A stretch of 64,000 bases of DNA, taken from Candidatus Helarchaeota archaeon. GTDB taxonomy: Archaea > Asgardarchaeota > Lokiarchaeia > Helarchaeales > RDOG01. Shown piece after piece: positions 1-15,000 of the stretch. The number at the start of each line of letters is the position of its first letter. Position 1 is the stretch's first letter. Both the position numbers and the translations under genes were made by a program. The notes under the pieces were generated by a model. The model worked only from the letters and a program-made list of their open reading frames with translations, made no database searches and was not told the DNA's origin. The stretch covers positions 1,009,432 to 1,073,431 of the forward strand of contig JAHPZH010000001.1 in assembly GCA_019058315.1 (NCBI GenBank). The letters are read 5' to 3'.

Positions 1-3000
1 TGTATATAGAACGTTAATTATGTCTCCATCGAGTGCTTGAATTGTATATCCGTCTAGACTAGATGTTTGGCTAAAGTTAAATGTTCCAATAAAGGTAGCA
101 GTATTGATTCCAGTTTCAATTAATGTGACATTTATCCCAATTTGATTTGTAGAACTATTTACTGTCACATTAACAGTATCAAAATCACCAGGATTTATAT
201 TTAAATCCTCATCTGTTACAGTAATATTTGCTATAGCTCCAGAACCATAATATGTGAGTGAATCTATTTGTAATGTTCCTGTATCAGTAATATGCCAGAT
301 TGAGCTATTCTTTCGTGTCATTGCTGTTCCTGATATGTTTCTAGCATCTTGATATATACAATTAACAGAATCTAAGTCAGAAACTCTAAGCAATCTTAAG
401 GCAGAACTACTTGTAGTTAATGAAAAGGTGAAGTTTCCTTTGAATTCATTAGAATCTACTCCAGTCTCAGTAAGAGTTAGTGTAATTCCCGTAGGGTTGG
501 TTGTACTGTTTACATTAATAATTTTAGATTCTATTATAGTTGAATTTTGATTCAAATCATCGTCAATTAAAGTAACAATTGCAGTTGTAAGTCCGTAATA
601 ATCGGTACTATCAAATGTTATATTACCAGTATGGGTCTCAATCCAAGTAAATGTATAATTGCTCCATTCATATATATCACTTATATTAAGATCCCAATAC
701 CAAATCCATACAGAGTCACTACCTTGGACATATATACGATCTAATACATTGTCGCTAGGAGCAGTTGTTTTAAAGGTAAAGCTGCCAGTAAATATTCCCG
801 TGTTGATATCGGTTTCCGTTAGATCGACATTAATCGTACCCGGATCGGAATCACTACTCACATTAACTTCTATTAAATCAATTGCATATGCATCAATGTC
901 TTCATCTCTGTCTATAAGAGTGATATCTACAAATGCAGCTGTTCCATAGTAAGTATCTGTTACAAATGAATACTCAGTAGTCACATGTTCAGTCCATAAT
1001 GCTGTATCAATAGATTGTGCAGGATTACCTCCAGCATCATTTTCATCATCATAAGTTACAGTAATTATACTGCCATTATCCACTTGAATTTGGTCTAATG
1101 CATCGTTACTCACCGTCATATTATAACCAAGACTACCAACGAATATACCAGTACTATTACCTGTTTCAGTTAAGGTTACGAGAATTCCTGTTGCATCAAC
1201 ACTGCTTGTAACTTTTATATCGAAAGTATCAATTGCACCTACATCCCTATTCTCATCTTCGTCTGTTAATGTTATGGTTGCATAGTGATTAATTGTTTGA
1301 TACCATGTGTCATCAAATACTGCAACTCCAGTTACGTATTCATTCCATGTTACAGTATCTGTGACGTTTTTAGGCTTTCCTGTAATATCCCATCTATCTA
1401 AGTAGCGAGAAGATACAAATGTATTGTCTTGAACGTGAATGGTATTATTTGATTCCCAACTGCCTAATTTACTGAAATTAAGTTGGGTTGTAAATATGCC
1501 TGAACTTATAGCCGTTTCAGTTAGAGTTATATTAATTCCTGTAGAATCGAGAGTGCTAGTTACGATTACCCAAACTTGATCATAACCGATTTTATTTTCA
1601 TTTGCATCAGAATCAGTTATAGTTATTATTGCGGATTCACCAGTACCATATCCTTCACTATCAAATCCAATCGTTCCGGTTACGGTAACAGTCATATTAG
1701 CATAAGCATAAACATCTGCAGGTGCTCCACTATTTGTATGAACATCATAATAATAAGCAGTAATTATATCACCGTCAGACACGTGAAGTGTGCGGGGAGT
1801 CGTTGCATTCGAACTTGATGCACTCGTGGGCTTAAATACACCAACAAAGATGCCGGTATTAACCCCTGTTTCAGTACATGGAACAATAATCCCTCCGGGA
1901 CTATCACTAGTGGATGTTACGAAAATATTGACAACTTGTATAGTTCCAGAACCTGTATTTAAATCATTATCTGTTACAGTAATTTCTGCAATCTGACCTG
2001 TTCTATATGAAGATGAATTTAATCCAATTGATCCTGTAATTGTTGCAATCCAATAAGCAAAATCTTTTACTCTTGCAGATGCACCAGTTATAGTATATGT
2101 GTCATTATAGATTGCTCTTACTATATCATCATCTTGAGCCCAAATTAAATCTAAAACATCATTACTGCTAGTTGTATTAAATTTGAATGTTCCTTGAAAT
2201 ATACTCGAGTCAGGGAGAGTTTCGGCTAATTGTACCGTTATACCAGTAGGATCACTGGAACTATTAACATTTACAGTAACATAATTTATTGCAGAAGGAT
2301 TCGTGTTTAAATCAATATCTATGACCTCTATTGTAGCCTCGGCATCGGTACCATAGTAATTTAATTCATCTAATGTTATAGTACCAGTATGAGTTTCTCT
2401 CCAATAAGCAGTATCGAGAGAAGTTCCTGGGTTTCCTGTAATTGTATGCGTATCATTATAACGAACTGTAATTAAATCATCATCAAGGGCCAAAATGATA
2501 TCCGCAGGATCATTGCTAGCTGCTGTGGAGAATTCAAAATCACCTTGGAAATTATTGCTATTGATCCCAGTTTCAGTTAATAAAACATTAATTCCTATCA
2601 GATCACTTGCACTCCACACATCAATAGAAACTGTCTGAGGAGTTAATGGATTCGTATTTAAATCAGAATCAGTTACAATTACTGTTGCTATTGCTGCAGT
2701 TCCGTAATAATTCTCAGCATTTAATGCAATACTTCCAGTTTCTGTTTCAATCCATAAAGCAGATTTCTTTGGTCTCGCTGAAGCTCCAGTAACTGTATGA
2801 GTATCATTATAAATTGCCCTTACAGTATCTCCATCTAGAGCCCAAATTAAATCACTTGGATCATCACTTCCCGAGATACTAAACTTGAATGTCCCGGTAA
2901 ATATACCAGTGTTGATATTTGTTTCTGTTAGTTGTACGTTTATTCCAGAATTATCACTGGTACTATTAACATTCACAGTAACATAATTTATTGCTGAAGG

Positions 3001-6000
3001 ATTTGTGTTTAAATCAGCATCATTTACTATAACTTGTGCAACTGCAGCGGTTCCATAATAAGTTGTAGAATTTAGATTAATACTTCCTGTAGTAGTTTGC
3101 TCCCAAATCGCACTATCAGATGGTATTGCAGAAGCACCAGTAACAGTATGTGTATCATAATAAATTGATTTAACAGTATTTCCATCAAGTGCCTGAATCT
3201 TATCGTTAATATCATCACTTGGACCTGTAGTAAATTGGAAAGTACCTCTAAATATTGAAGAATTTTGAGGAATAGCTCCTGTTTCAGTTAATATAACATT
3301 TATTCCTATGGAATCAGATGTGCTATTTACTTTTACATTTACTGTTTCGGTTATGGTTGGGTTAGTGTTCAAATCGGCATCAGTAACAGTAATAGTAGCT
3401 ATGGCTGCTGTTCCATAATAGGTTGTCTTATCTAATGTTATATCACCAGTACTTGTTTTTATCCATATAGCAGTATCCGTCTTGTTAGAGGCTGGTCCAC
3501 TTGCGGTATGTGCGTCAAGGTATCTTGCTGTAATTGTATCACCATCAGAAACCCAAATTTCATCATCAATATCACTACTAGAGGAAGTGTCAACATAGAA
3601 ATATCCTTGAAATATACTTGTATTTACGCCAGTCTCATATAATCGGACAGTAATTCCTGGAGAAGGATCCGATGTACTAGTGACTTTAATATCAACTGTT
3701 TGATTTGTTGCTGGATTTGTATTCAAATCAATATCTGTAACAATTATTAGTCCAGTAGCACCTGTTCCATAATAAGTTGTTTGTTCAATATTTATAGTGC
3801 CACTATAAGTCTTTTCCCAAACTGCACTGTCACTTGGTCTTGCAGAGGTTCCAGTAATTGTATATGTGTCGTTATATATTACCATTATATTATGTCCATC
3901 AAGAACTTTAATTATATCATTGATATCATCACTTGCACCAGTAGTAAATGTGAAGGAACCTGTGAAAATACTGGTATCAGGACCAGTCTCCTCCAAATTA
4001 ACAGTGATGCCAATAGGATCATCCGTACTATTCAGATTCACGTCAACGTCATTTATTACTAGTGGATTAGTATTTAAATCTTCATCTTCTACCGTTATTA
4101 GCGCACTTGCGGCAGTCCCGTAATAGGTTGCTTTATCCAAGGTAATAGTTCCTGTGTCGGTTTCTATCCAAATAGCAGTATCCGACTTGTTTGTGGTTAT
4201 ACCAATTGCGGTATGGGCATCTAGATATATTGCTTTCATAGTATTTCCATCAGCAACTTGAATTTTATCATTAATATCACTGCTAACTATCGTATCAACA
4301 TAAAAATATCCAGTAAATGTGCTTGCATTTAAACTCGTCTCATATAATCGAACAGTTATGCCAGCATTATCACTAGTACTATTAACCTTAATATCTACAT
4401 AATTCGTACTGTAAGGATCTGTATTCAAATCAGCATCTGTAACCGTTACTAGTGCTGAAACACCAGTTCCATAATAAATAGATTCTTGAATATTTATTGT
4501 TCCACTGAATGTTTCATCCCAAGTTGCATCAGTAGTCTGTACAACAGATACTCCCGTTACATCATGTGCATCTGCATATCTAGCAGTAATAATGCTACCA
4601 TCCAATGCATATATAATATCATTGAAATCATCACTTGCGGATTGACTAAATTCTAAAGTACCGATAAATTGACTTGTATTTACATCTGTTTCAACTAATT
4701 GAACCGAAATACCACCAGGAGGCCATGGATCATCAGTGCTCCAAACTCTTACATTAACTGTATCATTATCATACTGATCAATGTTTAAATCAGAATCTAC
4801 TACTGTAATAACCGCGACGGCTGCAGTGCCGAAATAAGTTGAGGCATCGAAATTAATTGATCCTGTAGCTGTTTGGTCCCATATTATATTTTTTACTATT
4901 GTTGCATTTTCTCCAGTGCTGGTATGGATGTCTTCATATATTAAAGTGACATTATCTAAATCAGCAACCTTAATTTTTCTATTAGCAGAATCACTAGCTC
5001 CAGTTGTGAATGTAAAACTTCTTCTAAATTTTTGACTATTATTTGATAGTTCTATTAATTCAATTTGAAAACCTATAGGATCTGAATCACTTGATATATT
5101 TATCCAATAAGATTCTATTAATGAGGGATTTGTGTTTAGATCTGCATCTGTTAATGTAATCCATGCCACAGCTAAACCACCATAGTACATAATTTCATCT
5201 TCTTCATTAGTTTCATGATCATCAATAACCATAGTAGCAGTATAAGTCTTTATCCATTCACCGAGAGCAGTTCTTGTTTGAGGAAGCCCATTAATATCAT
5301 ATTGTTCAGTATATATTGCTGAGATTACATCTCCACCAGTAACTTTAATTAAGTCCAAAGGATCATTACTTGTTCCAGTTGTAAAGTTAAATATTCCTTC
5401 AAATGCTGATGAATTTGTTCCAGTCTCTGTCAAAACAACTTGTATACCGACAGGATCTGCCGTACTTGTGACATTTATAGTCACTGTTTCAGTTACGCTT
5501 GGGTTAGTGTTCAAATCAGGATCGGTAACACGGACTTGAGCATATGAATCAGTTCCATAAAATTCGTCTGGACCAATATAAGTTATAGTCCCAGTCCAAG
5601 TTTTTACCCAACTTGAAGAATTTGATACATAATCAGAAAGTCCAGTTACACTCATTTCATCATTATAATAAACATAAACATTATTTCCATCTTCAATATG
5701 AATTCTTACTGTGACATTACTACTTGCAGTTGATATAAAAGTAAAAGTACCTTGAAATATACCTGAACTACTAGTAGTTTCAGTTAAATTAACATTTATG
5801 AAATCTCCAGAAGAGGTACTATTTACTGTAACCATAAACCACTGTACAGTTGCATCATCTGTATTAACATCTGAATCATAAACAGTAATAGTTGCAGTTG
5901 AATGTCCAAAGTATTCATCAGCATCTAAAATGACTATTCCTGTGACTGTTGCATTCCAAGTAGCTGTATCTGTGTCCGAATCTGGAAAACCAGTTTCATT

Positions 6001-9000
6001 CAACGCATCAGTATATGTTGCATAAATCATATCTCCATCTTGAGCCCAAATTATATCATTATCATCGTCACTAGAAGTTAAATTAAATGTGAAGGTACCA
6101 TTAAATATTCCTGTATTGGGACCTGTCTCAGTTAATTGAACTGTAATACTCGAAGGATCTGAATCACTACTTACAATTACATTTACTGTTTGAGATGTTC
6201 CAGGATTTGTATTTAAATCATTATCATTTACTGTGATTACAGCCTCTGCAAGAGTGCCATTATATTGATCATAATCTAAATCAATAGTTCCCGTAATAGT
6301 AGCAATCCATGTTGCCGTATCATTCGGATTATTTGGTACACCATTGGCATTAAATGCGTCAGCATATATTGCTGTAACAACTTCTTGAGGTGCAGCTATT
6401 CCGATTAAATCTGAGCTATCATTACTGAAACCTAGGTTAAATCCAAAAGATCCTGTAAATATTGAAGAGCTTATACTATTTTCAGTAATAATAACTGAGA
6501 TTGGAGTGCCAGTGGAACTTTGAACAGTTATTGAGGACTGTTCAATCGTAGTATTATCTGTATTTAAATCAGCATCTGTAACTGTAACTGTAGCAATATC
6601 TCCAGTTCCAAAATATTGAATTTCATCTAAAGTAATAGTTCCTGTATAATATTTCGTCCAAGTTGCATTTTTAAATGGATGTTTATTAGCTCCAGTTGCA
6701 TCAAGAGTATCGTTATATTCAACTATAACCCATTGAGGTGAGGCATCATCAGTCATACCAATTTGTCTAGATGCATTATTACTACTAGTACCGAATACGA
6801 ACCATCCAGTAAATATACCAGTATCAACTCCTGTTTCGGTTACGGTTAAATTGACCCAGCCTGGTGCATCTTTACTTGTGATGTTTACCCAAGCTATATC
6901 TATAGATACATCAAATAGATTTAAATCGCTGTCCGTAACTGTAACATACACAGTATATACATATCCCGTATAACTTGTTTTATCTATTTGAATTATTCCA
7001 GTAGTAGATTTACGCCATATAGCTGTATCAATTGGATTTGCTGGATTTCCATCATCGGCATGCTCATCATTATATTGAACTGTAATAGTTCCTTCATCAA
7101 CAACACGAATAATATCAAGAGTGTCATTACTTGTGCCAACATCAGTAAATGTAAAAGTACCTCTAAATTCTCCTGGAGTAGCAACTTCTTCAGTACATTC
7201 TACGGTAATACCAGTAGGATCTGTAGTACTTACTACCGAAATATTAACAGCATCTTGTCCTGGAGTAACATCTAAATCCGAATCAATTACTGTAATTATT
7301 GCAGTCTCACCAGTTCCATAACGATCTTTATTCAGAACTATAGTTCCAGTATAAGTGGCATACCAAATAGCCGTATCAGTTGTACTAACTTGAGCTCCTG
7401 TAATGTCGTGGATATCAATATAAGTAACCGTTACATTATCCCCATCGGAAACATAAATCTCATCAGCAGTATCATTACTTTGAATCTTGCTAAAACTGAA
7501 ATATCCCTGGAAGAGTCCACTATTAAATGCAGTTTCAGTAAGAGTCACCGAAATACCAGTGGCATCACTATCGCTTGTAACATAAATCACTACTGTTTCT
7601 TTCACGCTTGGATTTTGATTCAAATCAGCATCATTAACAGTTACTATAGGACTTTCACCAGTAATATAAGAAACTGCATCAAGATAAATAGATCCAGTAA
7701 CTGTTTCAATCCAAGTTGCGGTATCTGTAGGACTGGCAGAAGCTCCAGAAACATCATGAGCGTCATAATATGTAACTGTTACAATATCATCATCAGTAAC
7801 ATGAATCCAATCATCTATATCACTACTACTCGATGTATTAAAAGTAAAAGTACCTGTGAATATACCAGTTTTAACACCAGTCTCACTAAGTGTGACATTA
7901 ATACCCGTTCCATCAGTATCACTTGTTATAGTTACATTAACAGTATCAATAACAGTGGAATTTTCATTCAAATCTGAATCTGTAACTGTTATTGAAGCAG
8001 CCCCAGTTCCATAGTAAGTGATTTTATCCAATAATACAGAACCGGTAACTGTAGCTATAAAGATTGCAGAATCCGTTACCGTTGCTGGAGAACCAGTTGC
8101 TGTATAAGCATCATTATAGCTTACGGTAACTATTGAACCGTTTACGACTTTAATTTTATGTGCAGCTTGACTACTAGATCCGAATGTAAAGCCGAAGAAA
8201 CCTGTAAAATTACCAGTAGTGGCTCCAGTCTCTGTTAATTCCACGGTTATAGATCCAGCGGCAGGAGCTGTGCTTGATACGGTAATAATAACGGTATCTG
8301 GAGAACCGGATGTATCTAAATCTTCATCAATAACAAATACATTTGGGGATTCTCCCGTAATATATTCCGTTGCATCAAGTTCAATAGTACCTGTATGAGT
8401 CTCAATCCAAGTTGCAGTATCTGTAGGACTGGCAGCAGCACCAGTTACAGTATATTGATCATCATATCTTGCATAAATAGTATCTCCATCAAGAGCCAAT
8501 ATTATGTCCGATCCATCATTGCTAGCAGTCATATTAAATGTGAAGTTACCAGTAAAGATACCAGTATTTACCCCTGTTTCTTGACAGGTTACGTTAATAC
8601 CTCCAGTATCACTGTCACTGGTAACATTGATATTTACAAATTCAATAGCACTAGGGTTAGTGTTCAAGTCTGAATCAGTTACCGTGATTATTGACATGGC
8701 TCCTGTTCCGTAATAAACAGTATCATCTAAAATTATTGTACCTGTCACAGTAGCAGTCCAAATTGCTGTATCGGTTCTATATGATGAAGCTCCTGAAGCT
8801 ATATGAACATCAAAATATCTTATAGTAACTGTATTACCATCTTGAGCCCAGATTTTATCATTTGTATCATCGCTTGGAGATGTGGTCTTGAAACCAAAAG
8901 TTCCAATGAAAATACCTGTCTGTCCTCCTGTTTCATCTAATGTTACATTAATTCCTGAAGAATCACTTGTACTTATTACATTGACATCTATATGATCTAT

Positions 9001-12000
9001 AGCTGGAGAAGTATCCAGATCTGGGTCAGTTACATTTATAGTTGCTAAAGCTCCAGTTCCGAAATATTCACTGGCATCGAGATTAACTATACCTGTGTGA
9101 GTTTCTATCCAAACTGCATCATCAGTCTGGCTTGCAGGGGCTCCAGTTAAGGTGTGTTCATCATCATATGTTGCAGTAACTGTATCACCATCTGCGATAG
9201 TAACTCCACCTCCTTGAAATTGGAATGAATCGGTAAATATTCCAGATGTACCAGTAGTTTCTGTTAATATAATAATGATTCCTGTGGGATCACTAGTACT
9301 AGAAATATTTACATTTACTGTATCAGCTCCCCCAGTAATGTTTAGATCGGAATCAATAACAGTTATATCTCCTATTGCTCCAGTTCCATAATAATATTCT
9401 TCATCCCAAGTAATACTACCGGTTACGGTAGCAATCCATGTGGCAGTATCAGTTGTATAACCTGACTTACCAGTAACTCTTCGTGTATCATTATATCGAA
9501 CAGTAATTGTATCTCCATCATTAATAGTAATTGAACCTAGTATTAGAAAATTAAGCTGAAATATACCAGTTGAAGGTCCAGTTTCGGTTAATTCTAATAA
9601 TGTACCAGTAAGATCGCTTGTACTTCTATATGTAATATTAACACTATCTGCTGAACCCGTTGTATCTAAATCCCAATCATTAACAATGACAGTTGCAGTT
9701 GCTGCAGTACCATAGTATGTTTCTTGATTAAGTGCAATTGTTCCTGTATAAGTCTGAATCCATGTTGCAGTATTAGTAATATTGGAGGAAACTCCTGTTG
9801 CTATATGTTCATCCTCATAACGTACAGTAACTGTATCGTCATCAATGGCCCAAATAATATCAGCAGGGTCATTACTAGCTGTTGTTGAAAATTCAAAGGT
9901 ACCATTAAATATTCCCGTATTGGGACCTGTTTCAGTTAATTGAACAACAATTCCCGAACTATCACTATCACTTGTAACGTAAACGTCAACAGTATCAGCA
10001 CTTCCAGTGACATCAAGATCAGAATCAGTTACGGTAATTTTAGCAACTGCAGCAGTACCATAATAATAACTTGCATTTAATACTACAATTCCTGTATGTG
10101 TAGCTATCCAAGTTGCTGAAGTTTTAGGTCTTGCTGAAGCTCCAGTAACAGTATACGTATCATTATAAATTGCTCTTACCGTATCTCCATCTTGGGCTTC
10201 AATTATATCATTAGGATCATCACTACTAACAGTGCTAAATTTAAATGTTTTTTGAAATATTCCAGTATCTGCTCCAGTTTCTGTTAATCTTACAATAATT
10301 CCTGGAGAATCTGATGAACTATTAACATTAATATCTACATAATTTACGATTGAAGGGTTAGTATTAAGGTCATTATCAGTAACTGTTATTAACGCTTGAG
10401 CTGCGGTACCGTAATAATTTGCTGCATCTAAAATAATTGTACCAGTTACTGTTGCAATCCAAGTAGCTGTATCAGTAGCATTACCAGATAAGCCTGAACT
10501 TTTGTGCTCATCATCATATCTCGCAGTTACTATATCATCATCTATAGCCCAAATCTCATCATCAATATCACTACTACTAGAAGTATCAAAATAAAATTGC
10601 CCTTGAAATACTCCAGTTAAAGATCCAGTTTCGGTTAATTCAACAGTAATACCATAACCATCACTTTCACTCGTAATATTCACATCAACTGAATCAATTC
10701 CAGTTGTAATATCAAGATCTTTGTCATTAACGGTGACATTTGCAATTGCATCGGTCCCATAATAATTTAATTGATTTAAGGTAATAGTTCCGGTTACAGT
10801 AGCTATCCAAATTGCAGAATCTTTTGGGGTTGCAGGAGCACCACCCGCTGTGTGTTCATCATTATATCTTGCCATAGTTGTATCTCCATCTTGGGCATGA
10901 ATAATATCGAGCACATCACTACTTGATGTTTGTGAAAATCTGAAAGTTCCAGTAAATGTAGAAGAATTTACTCCATTTTCTTGTAATGTTACAGTTATTC
11001 CCGGAATATCGATGCTACTATTAACATAAATATTTATAGACTCTTGTGTAAGTGCATCTTGATTCAAATCTGCATCAATTACAGTGACTGTTGCTTCTGC
11101 AGCTGTTCCGAAATATTCTGTGGCATCTAAACTAATTGATCCTGTTGCGGTTTCCACCCATTTAGCTTTATAAGTATGGTTCGCAGCAGGTCCTGTGACT
11201 ATATGTTCATCAAAATAAATTACAGTTACATTATCGTTATCTATTGCTTTAATAATATTACTAGGATCGTTACTTGCACTCTTACTAAAAGTGAAGGTTC
11301 CCCGAAATATCCCAGTTGTAGACCCGGTTTCGGTTAATTGGACGCTAATACCAGTTGAGTCACTCGTACTATTTACATCTACATCTACTGTGTCAGGACT
11401 TCCTGTTGTATCTAAATCAGCATCGGTAACAGTTATTCTAGCAACCACAGCAGTTCCATAGTAAGTAGTTGCATTTAACACAACTGATCCTGTGACAGTA
11501 GCCGTCCAAATTGCTGAATCAGTATCATAATTAGGAGATCCGGTTACATCTCTCGAATCATTATATCTTACTTGAATGGTATCACCATCTGTTGCCCAAA
11601 TAGTATCGGTTCCGCTTGCACTAGTACTAAATGAAATATATTTTGTGAAAATTCCTGTTGAGGGACCAGTTTCTGTTAAAGTAACAATAATTCCACTAGA
11701 ATCTAAAGTACTATTTACATTAACTGCAACTGAATCAGCACTGCCAGTTGTATCTAAATCCCAATCAGTAACTGTTATTAATGCTTGAGCTCCAGTACCA
11801 TAATAATTGGCAGAATCAAATTGCACATTGCCTGTAAACGTTTCAATCCAAGTAGCTGTATCATACACATCAACTGTTTGACCTGTAACATCATATTGAT
11901 CCTCATATTTTACAGTCACAACGTCTTGATCACTTACACTTAGATAATCTAATGGATCATTACTAGTTCCTGTTGTAAAATCAAAAGTTTCTGTAAAGAT

Positions 12001-15000
12001 GCCAGTATTCACACCAGTTTCAGTAAGTGTTACCCAAATTCCTGTGGTATCAGAATCACTATAAACGTTAACAGCTACAGAATCAAGTAAAGTTGGTTGA
12101 ATATTTAAATCGAAATCGTTAACTGTTATAGACGCAGTGGTTAATCCATAATATTGAGTTTTATCCAAAGAAACAGAACCACTAACTGTTGCAATCCATG
12201 TTGCAGAATCTGTTCTCACAGATGGAAAACCAGTAACATCCTTCAAATCATTATATATAACTTTTGTAGTGTTTCCATCGAGTACTTTAATAACATCTAG
12301 AGGATCATTACTACTAGATGTACTAAATGTAAAATTACCTACAAATACTCCCGTATCTGCCCCTGTTTCTGTAAGCAAGACATTAATACCGCTTGAATCG
12401 TCTGAACTATTTACTTTTACTGAAACAGTTTCAATTATTAATGGTTCTTCATTTTCATCAGAATCAGTGAGCGTAATAGTTGCTAAAGCTTGAGTGCCGT
12501 AATAGTTAGATTTGTCAAGGTTAATAATTCCAGTTACAGTTGCAATCCAAGTAGCAGTCTCAGTTACATTTTCTGCAGTTCCACCAACACCATGAGGATC
12601 AGTATAAATTACCCAAATTGTGGCACCATCGGCAATCCATATTCTCTGATAATTCACACTTGATGAAGTTGAAAAGTTGAAGTTTCCGGTAAATATACCT
12701 GTATTTGGACCAGTTTCAGAACAATTTATGTTTATTCCCACTCCATCTTCAGTGCTATTCACTAAAATTGTTACAGTTTCTGTAACTCCAGGTAATACGT
12801 TCAAATCTACATCTGTAATAGTAACATATGCTGTATCAGCAGTTCCATAATATTCGTTAGTATCCAGATCTAAAACACCAGTTACATATTGAGTCCAAGA
12901 TCCAGAATCAAATGCCCAAGCTTGAGCACCAGATGCATCATTTGAATCATTATAATATACATATACTGTATCTCCAGCTCCAGCATTCATCCAAATATAA
13001 TCGTTTGTATCATCGCTAGTTGTAATATTAAATTTGAAAGTTCCGATAAATGTACCCGTAGCGGGACCGGTTTCTGTACAAGTCACAAATATACCTGTAG
13101 GATCTTGGGAACTATTCACTAATGCATTAACAGTTTCAGCTATTAAATCATTAGTATTCAAATCATAATCATTAATAGTGATAGTTGCTGTCTCATTTCC
13201 ACTATAAACAAGTTTATTTAATACAATTGTTCCTGTTACAAATGCCCTCCATAATGCAGTATCATAAACAGTTGTTGGATTACCATTAACATCGTGTTCA
13301 TCATCATATTGAACTTGAACAGTTCCTTCTTCTTTTACTTTAATTGTATCAGTGGTGTCATTACTTGCAATTAAACTAAAAGAGAAATTTCCTCTAAATA
13401 CACCAGTATGTGCACCAGTTTCTGTAAGTTCCACGGTTATAGTTCCTGCTCCAGTAGCATCACTAGTTACTGAAATATTTACGTCATCAGCACTGCCAGT
13501 GACATCTAAATCAGAATCAGTGACTGTAACAATTGCTTGTTCGTTTGTTCCATATCGTGTTTTATCTAGCACTATGGTTCCACTATATGTAGCATACCAA
13601 ATAGCTGTATCCGTATGAATAGCAGCAGATCCGGTTTCATCATATTGATCATTATAAGTTACAGTAACTGTATCTCCATCAGATACTAATATCTCATCAG
13701 CAGTATCATTACTTTGAACTTTACTAAAACTAAAATAACCTTCAAAAATCCCACTATTAATTGCTGTTTCTGTAAGGGTTACAGAAATGCCCGTAGTATC
13801 ACTATCACTTTTTACGGAAATTATTACTGTTTCTCTTAAACTGGGGTTCTGATTTAAATCTGCATCGGTTACATTAATTGATGCAATCTCACCTGTAATA
13901 TAAGAAAGCGAATCAAGATAAATAGATCCAGTAAAGGTTTCTATCCAAGTAGCTATGTCTGTTGGTTGTGCAGGTGCTCCAGAAACATCATGAGCGTCAT
14001 AATAAGTAGCTGTAACAGTATCATCATCAGTAACATGAATCCAATCGTCTATATCACTGCTACTTGATGTATTAAAAGTAAATATATTCGTAAATATTCC
14101 AGTGTTGACACCAGTTTCACTAAGTGTAACATTTATACCCGTTCCATCAGTATCACTCTTTACAGTTACGTTAACAATGTCGATACCAGCAGAATTTTCA
14201 TTCAGATCAGCATCTATAACAGTAATTGTGGCAGCTTTAGTCCCATAATATGTACCAGCATTTAGATCTATACTACCAGTAACTGTAGCATCAAAAGTAG
14301 CAGTATCTGTTTTAGTTGCAGACACTCCAGTAACGGTATAAGTATCATTATATCGCACAGTAATTGTTGCCCCCTCTGCAACTTTAATGAGATCCAAAGG
14401 ATCACTGCTAGTTCCAAAGGTAAATTCAAACGTTCCGTTAAAGATGCCTGTATTAAATCCTGTTTCGGTTAATAGAACATCAATCCCAATGGTATCACTT
14501 GTACTCCAGACATCTATCATCACTGTTTGAAGTGTAGCAGGATTTGTATTTAAGTCTGAGTCATTTACCAGAACTATTGCAGTTTCTCCTGTAATATATT
14601 CAACATCATCTAATACAATAGTTCCAGTCACTGTAGCTATCCAGGTAGCTGTATCGGTTGCATATCCAGGTAAGCCAGTTACTTTTTGGGCATCACTATA
14701 AATTGCTTTAATTAAATCGTTATCAAGAGCATGAAGCTTATTATTAGGATCATCATTAATTGTGGTACTAAATGTAAATGAACCTGTAAAGATTCCGGTG
14801 TTAACAGCAGTTTCAGCTAATTGAATATTTATTCCAGTAGAATTAGTAGTACTATTAACAGTTACATTAACATGATCAATACTTCCACTATCGAGGTTTA
14901 GATCTGCATCACTAAGAGTAATTGTAGCAGTAGCTCCTGTTCCATAATAATTTAATTTGTCTAAATCAATAGTACCAGATGCAGTTTCAATCCATGTAGC

